Below are positions 17,603 to 26,313 of a DNA stretch of 64,000 nt, one piece after another. A program made the translations under genes and the position numbers. The stretch is taken from the NCBI GenBank assembly GCA_041907345.1, contig JAYRHL010000007.1, positions 31,933 through 95,932 on the forward strand, given 5' to 3'. Below the pieces are notes generated by a model that was not told where the DNA came from, ran no database searches, and saw nothing but the letters and a program-made list of their open reading frames with translations. Position 1 is the stretch's first letter, and each line of letters opens with the position of its first letter. The DNA comes from Candidatus Saccharimonadaceae bacterium. GTDB taxonomy: Bacteria; Patescibacteriota; Saccharimonadia; Saccharimonadales; Saccharimonadaceae.

Positions 17603-18151
17603 CTAGGCGGTCGGTTGTATCAACCGGCCGCTTTTTGATACATACGGTTCGGTACAAGCAGCCAGATTAAAGCAGCATGGTCGTCGATGGCTGCCATTGA
17701 GTTTCGATATAGTTTTCTCGATCCGAATCGCTCGCGTCGAATCAACGCCAGTCGAATTGACCCAACGTACCCATTCCCACCTAGCCATAGGGGTAATCTC
17801 GCGCCATTTCTGCTGGACTTTTTCAGGAGCAGTATCGAGTGCTTTTTTGATATCACTTGGCAGTGTCGGTTCTGGCCATTCCTTTACTGGCGTCAGCGTC
17901 ACTGCGATCACATCACCAGGTTTTACGCCCAGCATTTTTTGCATAGCATCATCAACGCGAAACCAATGGCTCCAGTATCCATCCGGCTCCAGAACAGTAT
18001 GAAAATCATGTCCTTTGACAGTTCCTTTGACGCTAATCTGCCCACGTGACGTCAGTTTGATGCTCTCATCCTCGGGGACTTGCGCAATCGTCCAATCTTT
18101 GACCATTACTAGTGGCGTTTCAAAATGGATGGTTTGGATTGGCTTGCTCAT
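17603..18151 (-). CDS. DUF1905 + YdeI/OmpD-associated family protein
   Basis: VKGTVKGHDFHTVLEP...GDVIAVTL (DUF1905-like) and WVNSTGVDSTRAIRIEKTISKL (YdeI-like). Confidence 0.65.
   Translation of the reverse strand: MSKPIQTIHFETPLVMVKDWTIAQVPEDESIKLTSRGQISVKGTVKGHDFHTVLEPDGYWSHWFRVDDAMQKMLGVKPGDVIAVTLTPVKEWPEPTLPSDIKKALDTAPEKVQQKWREITPMARWEWVRWVNSTGVDSTRAIRIEKTISKLNGSHRRPCCFNLAACTEPYVSKSGRLIQPTA
17607..17636 (+). terminator. Intrinsic terminator overlapping the 3' end of the convergent gene
   Basis: GCGGTCGGTTG/CAACCGGCCGC stem followed by TTTTT. Confidence 0.5.
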
Positions 18152-18241
18152 ACACCCACTATACCAAATTCATATCGACGAACTATCAGATAGTAGGGTA
18201 TAGTGGAGGACAAGTCGTATCGACCGTACATTAAGGAGAGA

Positions 18242-18367
18242 ATGATGGGTGCCGAAGAACCCGTCCGTCGACGCCATGTCGTACCGGACAGGGAACCTCC
18301 GGCATACAGGCCGGAACCCGCAAAAGCACCGGTTCAGCCCGCCGAACCTGACAAGGTCCCCGCATGA
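18242..18367 (+). CDS. Possible 41-aa Pro-rich peptide, translationally coupled to the next ORF
   Basis: TAAGGAGAG SD. Its stop overlaps the next start (ATGA). Not in the ORF track (<60 aa). Confidence 0.3.
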   Translation: MMGAEEPVRRRHVVPDREPPAYRPEPAKAPVQPAEPDKVPA

Positions 18368-19008
18368 CAAACGGCAAACTTCCGTTCGTCAGTGAGACAC
18401 AGACCGATTGGGTCATTGGATGGAAGGCGGCAACGCCGTACATTCGCGACACCAACGAACTCGTATTCATGCCGCTCGTTTGTCGTAACATACCCTACGT
18501 CGTCAATGATGTTGCGGAATGTCGACGCTATGGACATGCACGACCGCCCGGTGATTTTTGCCGATGTGGATTCAATGCGTGGCATGATGTCGAACAGTCG
18601 TTGCGATATGTCAGGACTCAGGCACGAGTAGTACCGACGACGGCGTATCACGGTAATCACAAATTGCCCGTTCCAGCGACAAACGAAACGTTGACGATTC
18701 TCCGCGTTGGCCTGCATGGTGATGTTATTGATTTGACTGAACCAGCATGGGGTTACCGCGCAGAAAAACAGCGTGTTCTGGACATGTTCGTCAGCAACGC
18801 CTGTGCCGCCTGCACGCGTGATGCAGTTGCACTGGGCGTTATGAATACCATCTATCCGCAATCTCCAAACGAACGCACCGTACCATCCTATTTGGTTTGG
18901 CCACTGTGCGACAACCATATATATCTGTCGCGTCGCATGATCGATTCGAGAGATATCACAGCCCGCAACAATGTCATCGTGCATTGGGGCTTTCCCACCC
19001 CCGACTAA
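18364..19008 (+). CDS. Cys-rich hypothetical protein (214 aa)
   Basis: ORF with ATGA coupling. CRCGFNAW and CAAC motifs. GC-rich block. Confidence 0.5.
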   Translation: MTNGKLPFVSETQTDWVIGWKAATPYIRDTNELVFMPLVCRNIPYVVNDVAECRRYGHARPPGDFCRCGFNAWHDVEQSLRYVRTQARVVPTTAYHGNHKLPVPATNETLTILRVGLHGDVIDLTEPAWGYRAEKQRVLDMFVSNACAACTRDAVALGVMNTIYPQSPNERTVPSYLVWPLCDNHIYLSRRMIDSRDITARNNVIVHWGFPTPD

Positions 19009-19050
19009 GGAAACACCTTGGAAGGGGGTGTTTTCATATATAATGACGCT

Positions 19051-19338
19051 ATGGAACATTTGGATGCGACCAACAACCAACCAGAGCGCGTCTATTCACG
19101 CGATGACTGTAACGCAATTATGGCTATCATCCGCGACGTTATTGATCGTGAGTACAATGACGGGGGCATATGGGGCATTAGTGTCGAAACGAATAGTTGG
19201 GAAGAGGCATCTCGACCAGTATTTCGCATTCGTAGCGACGACTACTATCCAACACTCGTGCACATCCTACAGCAGTACATGCCCGACGACATGATTCGCC
19301 AAACAAAGGTTGTCATTAGTCGTCCGCTTGATCGATAA
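19051..19338 (+). CDS. Hypothetical protein (95 aa)
   Basis: ATG at residue 12 of ORF 19018..19338. TATAAT lies 6 nt upstream. Confidence 0.45.
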   Translation: MEHLDATNNQPERVYSRDDCNAIMAIIRDVIDREYNDGGIWGISVETNSWEEASRPVFRIRSDDYYPTLVHILQQYMPDDMIRQTKVVISRPLDR

Positions 19339-19356
19339 GTACTGTATAATCGTGGC

Positions 19357-19524
19357 ATGAACAACCGTTGTCCCGAATGTGGATCGAACGAAACGACCCG
19401 ATTAGACGTCGAACCGCAGATTGATACATTCGAAATCAACTCTCTCGAAACGCTCGTCCATTATTTGGGTGCTGTCGCGCTGAAGGCACCCGAAGCACTC
19501 GCAAAGCTCTGGAAAATTCTGTAA
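19357..19524 (+). CDS. Possible 55-aa protein (MNNRCPECGSNETT...)
   Basis: TATAAT lies 6 nt upstream of the ATG. Fills an otherwise empty gap. Not in the ORF track. Confidence 0.35.
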   Translation: MNNRCPECGSNETTRLDVEPQIDTFEINSLETLVHYLGAVALKAPEALAKLWKIL

Positions 19525-20043
19525 TTATTTGTGGCGGCCTAGATACAGATAGGTCAGTGGCAGTCCGATAACAGCCAACAAAAACACGAGACCGATAGTA
19601 AATGGTGCAACAAACTGTGTGTTCGCTGCCGGATTGGTTGAATACAAGAACCATGTGAATAGTGCGACAACAACAACCAGCAGTAGGGCGGCAACGACGT
19701 GGCTAATCGCGAACAGCCAGTCTACCCAAGTGCGCTTTTTTGATTCGGATATGTAGAATAGGTAGATATAGCAAATGCCGCGCAGGCCCAATGCAACAGC
19801 CGCGAGGAACGTTGGGATAAATATGGCATCAGAAATTTTGTCGATGACACCAGTGAACAACATCAACATCATCACGACACCAAATACCAATAGGGTATGA
19901 GTGACTTCCCATGTCGCTTCGACATATCCCTTGCGACCTTTTGTTTTGTTGAATAGTCGCGCAAAACTCAGGTATGTTTCGTACAGAAACGCCAGTACGA
20001 ACAACAGGATAGGTACATAAATGAGTAAATAGACGCCAACCAT
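19525..20043 (-). CDS. Short 5-TM membrane protein in the cytochrome bd subunit II position
   Basis: 172 aa, about 5 hydrophobic spans. Its start overlaps the cydA stop by 1 nt. Confidence 0.5.
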   Translation of the reverse strand: MVGVYLLIYVPILLFVLAFLYETYLSFARLFNKTKGRKGYVEATWEVTHTLLVFGVVMMLMLFTGVIDKISDAIFIPTFLAAVALGLRGICYIYLFYISESKKRTWVDWLFAISHVVAALLLVVVVALFTWFLYSTNPAANTQFVAPFTIGLVFLLAVIGLPLTYLYLGRHK

Positions 20044-21380
20044 TAGAGTGCACCTCCTGATTTAGATTTTTCGTTTTTAATAATCATTCGAATCGCCCAA
20101 AATGTCACGACGAACAGTGCGACATATGCCAGCGGGAATAGGTAACCAAATGTCGTAATGTCGTGCGTTTTCGTGAGTGCCTGTTCAGTCGTCACATATC
20201 CACGGACAGCCCATGGCTGACGACCCATTTCGGTCATCATCCAACCCAGTTCAACAATCGCAATACCGAACCAGCTGATCAGGACAAATCCGAGTAACAA
20301 TAGTCGGTTTTTCAACCATTCCGGTCGCCATTTGCGTACGATGAAATACAGCGGAATCACCACAACTAGGATAGTAATCAGTGTCATTTTGATATCAAAG
20401 AATGTATGGACAACCAATGGTGGCTGTTTGTCCTCGGCCGTTTCGTTCAGGCCCTGGACAGTACAGCCTGGATTATTGCATGCCAGCAGGCTGAGTGCAC
20501 TTGGAATCACAAAATGCGGACCAGCAATACCACCCTGACCATCACTCACACCACCTACGATCAATGGAGCATTATCGGTAGTCTCGTACAGTAGCTCAAT
20601 AGCAGCCAGTTTTTCCGGTTCGTTTTCGGCTAAATATTTACCTGTGATGTCTGCAGTCACCGCAGAACCAATGAACGCAACCAGTACAAACAACATTAAT
20701 TTTTGAATCACATAGTAATCAAACTGACGTTTTTTCGAGTTGATTTCAGATCGTTTTGATCGCAAAATTCTGAATGCGAATAAACCGGTTAATAGTAGTC
20801 CACTAGCCACGTAATATCCAGGCATCGAGTGGAAAAATGTCACCAACGCCGGGACAGAGAACATTGCCGCAAGGACATCAATATTCTCGAATTTGCCATC
20901 CACGATATCAAACCCAGTAGGCAAATTCATCCAACCATTGACGGCGGTGATTGCATAGGCACTCGCGGTTGCACCAACAAACACCATAACGCCGAACAAT
21001 AGATGCAACCAACCAGGAACACGCTTGTTGTCCCATGTCGCCATATAGAGGGCCAAGAACGTTGCTTCGATCAAGAACGCGAATGTTTCAAACATAAACG
21101 GTAGGCCAATCACTTCGCCACCAAATTTCAAAATACCCGGCCAGACCATAGACATTTGTAGTGCAATGACCGTACCAGACAACACACCTGCAACGACGAG
21201 CAGTGCCATAATCTTGGACAAAAACTTTGCGAATTTAATTAACTGTTGGTCTTTGCGTCGGCGCCCCAACCATTCAAACCAGACAACCAAAATTGGTAAT
21301 GTCAGGCTGAACATCACAAAGATAATATGAAACCCAAGGCTGTCGCCCATGAGCACTCGAGCGGCGTGTATTGCATCCAT
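20043..21380 (-). CDS. cydA: Cytochrome bd-type quinol oxidase subunit I
   Basis: 445 aa. N-terminal GFHIIFV (heme-ligand His region) and overall CydA-like TM pattern. Confidence 0.85.
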   Translation of the reverse strand: MDAIHAARVLMGDSLGFHIIFVMFSLTLPILVVWFEWLGRRRKDQQLIKFAKFLSKIMALLVVAGVLSGTVIALQMSMVWPGILKFGGEVIGLPFMFETFAFLIEATFLALYMATWDNKRVPGWLHLLFGVMVFVGATASAYAITAVNGWMNLPTGFDIVDGKFENIDVLAAMFSVPALVTFFHSMPGYYVASGLLLTGLFAFRILRSKRSEINSKKRQFDYYVIQKLMLFVLVAFIGSAVTADITGKYLAENEPEKLAAIELLYETTDNAPLIVGGVSDGQGGIAGPHFVIPSALSLLACNNPGCTVQGLNETAEDKQPPLVVHTFFDIKMTLITILVVVIPLYFIVRKWRPEWLKNRLLLLGFVLISWFGIAIVELGWMMTEMGRQPWAVRGYVTTEQALTKTHDITTFGYLFPLAYVALFVVTFWAIRMIIKNEKSKSGGAL

Positions 21381-21466
21381 TAATTACTGTTCCCACTTAT
21401 GCTTATATACTCAAACTATATCAATCATTTTCCAGTTGGGCAACAGAAAATCATAAGTAAAATATG

Positions 21467-21495
21467 TTGACTATTAATAGTAAAAGTATTATAAT
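21467..21495 (+). promoter_or_regulatory. Consensus promoter TTGACT-N17-TATAAT
   Basis: TTGACTattaatagtaaaagtatTATAAT. Confidence 0.6.
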
Positions 21496-21540
21496 ATTTT
21501 CGAATAGTCATACCCGATGACTCGCACCCGAGGAGTTATA

Positions 21541-21708
21541 GTGGACGTCAGGGCAGATTGCCAAGACTGCCGGTGGCACGCCACTAGCGGTGTCACCAAC
21601 AGTGCCGAATTTGTCGTTCGATCAGCATGGCGACATTGGGTTCTCACCCAAGATCCGCCGCGCAGTACGCATCATCACATCGTTGTTCGCCTCGTCAAAG
21701 GCAACTAA
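21541..21708 (+). CDS. Small hypothetical protein (55 aa from the GTG; 63 aa from the ATG at 21517)
   Basis: GAGGAG SD lies 6 nt before the GTG. CQDCRWH motif. Followed by family hairpin copy 1. Confidence 0.35.
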   Translation: MDVRADCQDCRWHATSGVTNSAEFVVRSAWRHWVLTQDPPRSTHHHIVVRLVKGN

Positions 21709-21721
21709 CACCATCCCTCAC

Positions 21722-21747
21722 AACTCCGCGACATATGTCGCGGAGTT
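21722..21747 (+). terminator. Family hairpin AACTCCGCGAC-loop-GTCGCGGAGTT, copy 1
   Basis: 11-bp stem, loop ATAT, followed by TTC. Confidence 0.6.
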
Positions 21748-21824
21748 TTCACTTGGAAATAAATGGAGACAATCTGTAATTTTTTTTACATATCAAACGA
21801 TCACCTTCTCAATACAATAGGGGT

Positions 21825-22232
21825 GTGATATTGGAACACATAGACGAACTCCAAATTTTAAATGACGCCATGGACGCCAGCAATACTGCATGGTGGGTCA
21901 TGGAATTACCAAGCGGTATTATTTTTTTTCACGAAAACAAAATTAAAAACCTCGGCTACAACAGTAAAGACATCGAAAAATTCACTCATTATTCGTCATT
22001 CACCAGCCTGATTCATCCCGACGATTATGAAAGGGTCATGAAAGCAATGAGCGATCATCTACAGGGAAAAACGGATCATTACGAGGCAACTTATCGTATC
22101 GTCGCCAAAGACGGCACATACCATCAACATTTCGATCGCGGTCGCATTGTCGCTCGCCAGGGTGATGCAATGGCGGTATCAGGCATCGTTGTCGACATAC
22201 CGGATAGCTATCTTATCCCACCTAAAAAATAA
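21825..22232 (+). CDS. Stand-alone PAS domain protein
   Basis: LIHPDDYERV...YEATYRIVAKDGTYHQHFDRGRIV is a PAS_3-like pattern. Confidence 0.65.
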   Translation: MILEHIDELQILNDAMDASNTAWWVMELPSGIIFFHENKIKNLGYNSKDIEKFTHYSSFTSLIHPDDYERVMKAMSDHLQGKTDHYEATYRIVAKDGTYHQHFDRGRIVARQGDAMAVSGIVVDIPDSYLIPPKK

Positions 22233-22278
22233 TCACCTCTATATGTACCAATCGTTACAGAGGTGGTATAATCTCGCC

Positions 22279-22836
22279 ATGACAAAAGAGTTTATTAGTT
22301 TTGCCGACACCGATCGCGCATGGACATACAATACCCTGTATGACATGGCCGACCGAGCGAAAATTATGCAAAACGAAGGAATCGACAGTGAACGATTCCA
22401 ACATCTGGAAAACTATATCGATTACATCAACAACCATATGCCTTCTGACTATCGGGTCAGTGCCGAAGTAACTGATCCCCGTGCTTACAATCCATATCCG
22501 TCAAAAGTTTCCTATGGATCGACATCAGTCCAACTCTATCAAATGGACAAATCAGGTGCGTTTGTTCCGTATCGTTGCACGACCGGTATGGAACATTTTG
22601 TCGGTGACAAAATCATACTCGAAGACGAAGAACCATTTATCTACAATTCAAAATACAAACTTGCAGCGCGCCCAATGGTCAACAAGAGCGTTGAAATGAT
22701 CAACATCATCCAGGGCAGCGGAGATGGCAAAGGGTATTCAGACTACTTGCTATTTGAATGTCGCGCCAAAGAAGTAATGCGTTTCCAGGCATTCGCACGT
22801 CGCATCATTCCTCATCCGCAACACTATTCGATCTAG
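22279..22836 (+). CDS. Hypothetical protein (185 aa)
   Basis: ATG at residue 45 of ORF 22147..22836. TGGTATAAT lies 6 nt upstream. Confidence 0.5.
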   Translation: MTKEFISFADTDRAWTYNTLYDMADRAKIMQNEGIDSERFQHLENYIDYINNHMPSDYRVSAEVTDPRAYNPYPSKVSYGSTSVQLYQMDKSGAFVPYRCTTGMEHFVGDKIILEDEEPFIYNSKYKLAARPMVNKSVEMINIIQGSGDGKGYSDYLLFECRAKEVMRFQAFARRIIPHPQHYSI

Positions 22837-22838
22837 GT

Positions 22839-23648
22839 CTATGCCCAACGTGGCATCGGCAATAGCCTCATCAGCAATTCATCCATGTCTTCGGAAGACA
22901 TTTGGGTCGTACCTAGATTCTGAGCTGTCGATCGTGATTGGATACGTTGGTTATAGTAATCTCTGACATTATCGATGAAACGATCCGTTTGATCCTCGTC
23001 ATATTTCGCTGCAACGATAGTACGTAGTGCGGCAAGGTTTTCTTCTAGTTCAGTCGGGTCTATGCGGCCACTAAACAGCGGCACGATAATATCGCTTTTA
23101 GCGACACCGACAATTTCCAGAGCCTGAGTCATCAGGGGATTTTGACGCGGACGAACACTAGACATAGCGGCAAACTGTCCATCATCGTAACGATGAATAG
23201 TGCTGGCAGACATGATATAGTCATCACGAATTGCGATGCCGACCGTTTGTATGGCGCGTTCATCAGGCAACGCCAAAATAGTTGTCGACAACACGACCTG
23301 TTCGCCAGTTTCCATTTCGTATGGTGGCAGTACCGAATACATGCCATCGACTATCGCAACGTCGCCACAATCAGGATTGATTGCTTTGTAGAATTTTGCC
23401 AACTCGCTGATTTGCGTTTCAGCCGACATACGCATTAATGATTCGCGATCAGAAAAATTTTTGAGATTATTTGTACCATTCAGTTCGCGTATATCCAGCG
23501 TCTGTGTATCAGGGTGGAGCATCAGAATTTCGGTGACACGATCAACCAGCACAGCCACGACATCATGTCGTCGTTCATGTTCATCGGGTAACGTGTTGCC
23601 GAATTCACTCATTTGGTTAATTTCATCACATTTTATCTGTATTTTCAA
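22839..23648 (-). CDS. Hypothetical protein (start uncertain; alternative ATG at 23612)
   Basis: ORF only. Confidence 0.5.
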   Translation of the reverse strand: MKIQIKCDEINQMSEFGNTLPDEHERRHDVVAVLVDRVTEILMLHPDTQTLDIRELNGTNNLKNFSDRESLMRMSAETQISELAKFYKAINPDCGDVAIVDGMYSVLPPYEMETGEQVVLSTTILALPDERAIQTVGIAIRDDYIMSASTIHRYDDGQFAAMSSVRPRQNPLMTQALEIVGVAKSDIIVPLFSGRIDPTELEENLAALRTIVAAKYDEDQTDRFIDNVRDYYNQRIQSRSTAQNLGTTQMSSEDMDELLMRLLPMPRWA

Positions 23649-23731
23649 GTCATATCATTTACATTCTAGAAGAAATATTTTATAATTTATCCAATCTGAA
23701 ATACAGATCGTTCCTATAGTGAGGTGAATAC

Positions 23732-24058
23732 ATGAGTGATACGTGCTTGCTACTTGTCAGTAGCGAACTGCCGTTGAACGACCGCCGACAGTTCGAGAAA
23801 TGCGAACGCAAGGGCGTTGTCCGCGGTAATTCTAATTTAGAGCTCGTCCTGTCGGCGTCGTCGGCGTTTGATAGTGCGGCCAAGGATCTGACCGATCACG
23901 CAATCGCACTGGGCGCCAATGTCGTTACCAGTCTACAGGTCGTCCATTCGTTGACCGACGACAGCGTTGTCGTGTTCATGTTCGGCGACGCATGGTACGC
24001 ACCGCATGTTGGCGCAGAAGTACCGGCCGGTGACAAACCGCGTGTCGGGTTCGCCTGA
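23732..24058 (+). CDS. Small protein, weak YbjQ/UPF0145-like resemblance
   Basis: AIALGANVVTSLQV resembles the YbjQ ..LGANAV.. segment. The assignment is weak. Confidence 0.35.
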   Translation: MSDTCLLLVSSELPLNDRRQFEKCERKGVVRGNSNLELVLSASSAFDSAAKDLTDHAIALGANVVTSLQVVHSLTDDSVVVFMFGDAWYAPHVGAEVPAGDKPRVGFA

Positions 24059-24067
24059 TCTACACAA

Positions 24068-24096
24068 AACTCCGCGACATCCAGTCGCGGAGTTTT
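24068..24096. terminator. Family hairpin copy 2 (bidirectional, between convergent genes)
   Basis: AACTCCGCGAC atcca GTCGCGGAGTT followed by TT. Confidence 0.6.
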
Positions 24097-24662
24097 CATT
24101 TTTCAGCAGTTGGGCGTCGCATTTGTTCGCGCACGACCTGCAGGTCGTGCCATCCATACATTCGAGGGTGCGGTGCGTTGCGGTTATACGGTTGGTCGAA
24201 CATAATCGGTTGCCATATGCCACCTGCGACATCTGGGTTGTCTTCGATAATGACACGCCCAGGCACAGATGCTTTGTTGGATGTAATAATTGCCTGGCGA
24301 GCAAATTCTTCGTCGAAATGTTCTGCTAACCAATCACGTTTTTCAACTTCGCACCGACGCATAATACCCCGCATGGGGGCAGAACAGACATAGACATTCC
24401 CGTTAAATTCTTCGCGGAGACGACGAATGCCACGGACAGCGCCAGTGATTACATCCAGATCACGATAAAAGCGCGGACTGCGTAACGCGACCATAATGTC
24501 GTCGCGGGGTAGTCCATGGAACCAATAGCTCGTGATGTCTTCGTGCGCCAACGAATGACCGAAATGTTCTTCGACATAGTCACAGACGCCCCCCATCGTA
24601 TCAGCCATGACACCATCCATATCAATCAGTATTGATTCTGGATTACTCCTCACGCGTCTCAT
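24096..24662 (-). CDS. 5'(3')-deoxyribonucleotidase (HAD superfamily, NT5C family)
   Basis: ILIDMDGVMADT (DxDxV HAD motif I) and overall NT5C-like layout. Confidence 0.7.
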   Translation of the reverse strand: MRRVRSNPESILIDMDGVMADTMGGVCDYVEEHFGHSLAHEDITSYWFHGLPRDDIMVALRSPRFYRDLDVITGAVRGIRRLREEFNGNVYVCSAPMRGIMRRCEVEKRDWLAEHFDEEFARQAIITSNKASVPGRVIIEDNPDVAGGIWQPIMFDQPYNRNAPHPRMYGWHDLQVVREQMRRPTAEK

Positions 24663-24710
24663 ATGCGCATATAGTAACACATCCCAATGAAATAAGAGAC
24701 AACCGCGAAG

Positions 24711-24789
24711 TTTTCAATTGTATTTATTATTAAAATATGTTATAAATACTTAGTCCCAAATGGGAAGCACCTACCGACTAGGAGTACAA
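24711..24789 (+). promoter_or_regulatory. Promoter/leader module copy A (TTTTCAATTGT ... TGTTATAAA ... hairpin ... ACTAGGAGTA-N3-GTG)
   Basis: Aligns block by block with 25354..25427. Confidence 0.5.
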
Positions 24790-25083
24790 GTGAACGAAGC
24801 GCCATCGCTTGATTTTGTACAGAAAAAGGATTTGTTGCTGAAACAAGCCAAAGCATACCGAATCATGGCAACAATTGGTTTAATCGCGATGTTTCCTTGG
24901 GTTAACTTTATGGGTTGGTATTTACGAGATTCCATTGGTGGCGACTATCCGTATGCCGCGCACATGAATCTCATTATGGTTTCTTGCCTGTCACCTCTCG
25001 TCATTGTTGGCATTATCGGCTTGGCACTTGGCAAGAAGGTCGAAAGACAGCTACAGCAATATGGTGAAGTGAAACCCGAATGA
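24790..25083 (+). CDS. Small 2-TM membrane protein (97 aa)
   Basis: GTG after the conserved ACTAGGAGTA, as in the paralogous module at 25428. Confidence 0.5.
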   Translation: MNEAPSLDFVQKKDLLLKQAKAYRIMATIGLIAMFPWVNFMGWYLRDSIGGDYPYAAHMNLIMVSCLSPLVIVGIIGLALGKKVERQLQQYGEVKPE

Positions 25084-25322
25084 AGTTTTTCCAAAAGCTC
25101 AAGGGTGCGTTCGTCAAATCGCCGCAGCCCGTGCCCGAACCGCTGACGCGAGAACAGATTCAGGAACGGATTACCGATCTTGATGAACGTATCAAGTCTT
25201 GCAAGCTGGAAACCCAAATTGGCACAGCACGAACGGGCGAATATGCATTTCGGGCGTTAGCAGGATTCATTCCCGAACGGGATCGTCTGCACAAACTCCT
25301 GGAACAAACTGACTTGCAATAG
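25080..25322 (+). CDS. Small soluble helical protein (80 aa)
   Basis: ATGA overlap with the upstream ORF. Confidence 0.45.
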   Translation: MKFFQKLKGAFVKSPQPVPEPLTREQIQERITDLDERIKSCKLETQIGTARTGEYAFRALAGFIPERDRLHKLLEQTDLQ

Positions 25323-25328
25323 TCAAAC

Positions 25329-25357
25329 AACTCCGCGACATTCAGTCGCGGAGTTTT
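25329..25357 (+). terminator. Family hairpin copy 3
   Basis: AACTCCGCGAC attca GTCGCGGAGTT followed by TT. Confidence 0.6.
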
Positions 25358-25427
25358 CAATTGTCACAAATTATGTTATAGTTTATTTACTTCCAACCAG
25401 GAAAGTTCCTTACAACTAGGAGTAGTC
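25354..25427 (+). promoter_or_regulatory. Promoter/leader module copy B
   Basis: TTTTCAATTGT, TGTTATAGT, TTCC aacca GGAA hairpin, ACTAGGAGTA-N3-GTG. Confidence 0.5.
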
Positions 25428-25721
25428 GTGGTCAAAAGACCTCGAACCGTAGGTACAAGAACCGAATCTTCGGCTCAACGACGAGTGGCAATTTTTGCGT
25501 CACTGTCATTGGTCACCGGAGCGGTTTTGGGTATGTGCATAGCGGCTTTTGGTATGTACGTAACGGTATATACTCAGCATCGTTCTGCTACTGATACGAC
25601 GTTTTTGCAACACCAAATCCAATGGGCATTGTGGACATCGCCGTCTATTTTACTGGCGCCACTTTTTTTCGGCCTCATGGTCAGATCATGGAAAGAACTG
25701 GATAACGCGTCACATTCATAG
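25428..25721 (+). CDS. Small 2-TM membrane protein (97 aa)
   Basis: GTG start after the conserved SD block. Confidence 0.5.
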   Translation: MVKRPRTVGTRTESSAQRRVAIFASLSLVTGAVLGMCIAAFGMYVTVYTQHRSATDTTFLQHQIQWALWTSPSILLAPLFFGLMVRSWKELDNASHS

Positions 25722-25741
25722 TGAATACAGATTGGAGCATT

Positions 25742-26191
25742 ATGTGCTACACCGTAGACCCTAGTGGTATTGAAAAGTTCGACACGTCAGGAATGCCGAG
25801 CGAACGCATGCGCAGTATCATGATTTATGGTGGTATGATTGCATTTATCACACTCCCGTTTTACATGCTGATCGATACGGTTCTTGTGCGGTATGACAAC
25901 AGTATCTTCAATAATTCAGGTACGACAATTGCGTTTATTATGGTTCCGTGGACTATTCTGAGCGTGGGAGGGTTTGCTCTCTCTCAATTCATACTTTTGT
26001 ATGATAATGTACTCGGGAATTATGTAGAGCGGGGTATTGTAACGGCACTCGATCCAACAGGGAACCGTGTTTGTCTGAAAGGATACACTCGATCCAATGT
26101 ATTCACTGAATCTTGGCGAGTTGTGCCAAGAGACATTCGAGAATCCGCGCACATTGGTCAATTGATCGACCTCAGCTACTCCAAAACATAG
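25742..26191 (+). CDS. Membrane protein with small C-terminal domain (start could be the GTG at 25721)
   Basis: TGGAG SD before the ATG at 25742. Two or three TM segments. Confidence 0.5.
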   Translation: MCYTVDPSGIEKFDTSGMPSERMRSIMIYGGMIAFITLPFYMLIDTVLVRYDNSIFNNSGTTIAFIMVPWTILSVGGFALSQFILLYDNVLGNYVERGIVTALDPTGNRVCLKGYTRSNVFTESWRVVPRDIRESAHIGQLIDLSYSKT

Positions 26192-26202
26192 TCACAACAC
26201 CA

Positions 26203-26231
26203 AACTCCGCGACATCCAGTCGCGGAGTTTT
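26203..26231 (+). terminator. Family hairpin copy 4
   Basis: AACTCCGCGAC atcca GTCGCGGAGTT followed by TT. Confidence 0.6.
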
Positions 26232-26274
26232 CATTTGTCATATTTTACCAATAAGCGAGTTTATCAAATAGTGT

Positions 26275-26302
26275 TTGACAAATATGTAAAATGTACTAGA
26301 AT
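26275..26302 (+). promoter_or_regulatory. Promoter TTGACA-N16-TAGAAT
   Basis: Lies 11 nt upstream of the sigma-factor ATG. Confidence 0.55.
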
Positions 26303-26313
26303 ATTACATATAT

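Noticed and set aside
18334-19080. A 248-aa minus-strand ORF antisense to 18364..19008.
   Set aside because: It is typical of GC-rich antisense frames and has no SD or promoter. The plus strand has an SD-driven upstream peptide with an ATGA-coupled start and a more protein-like composition.
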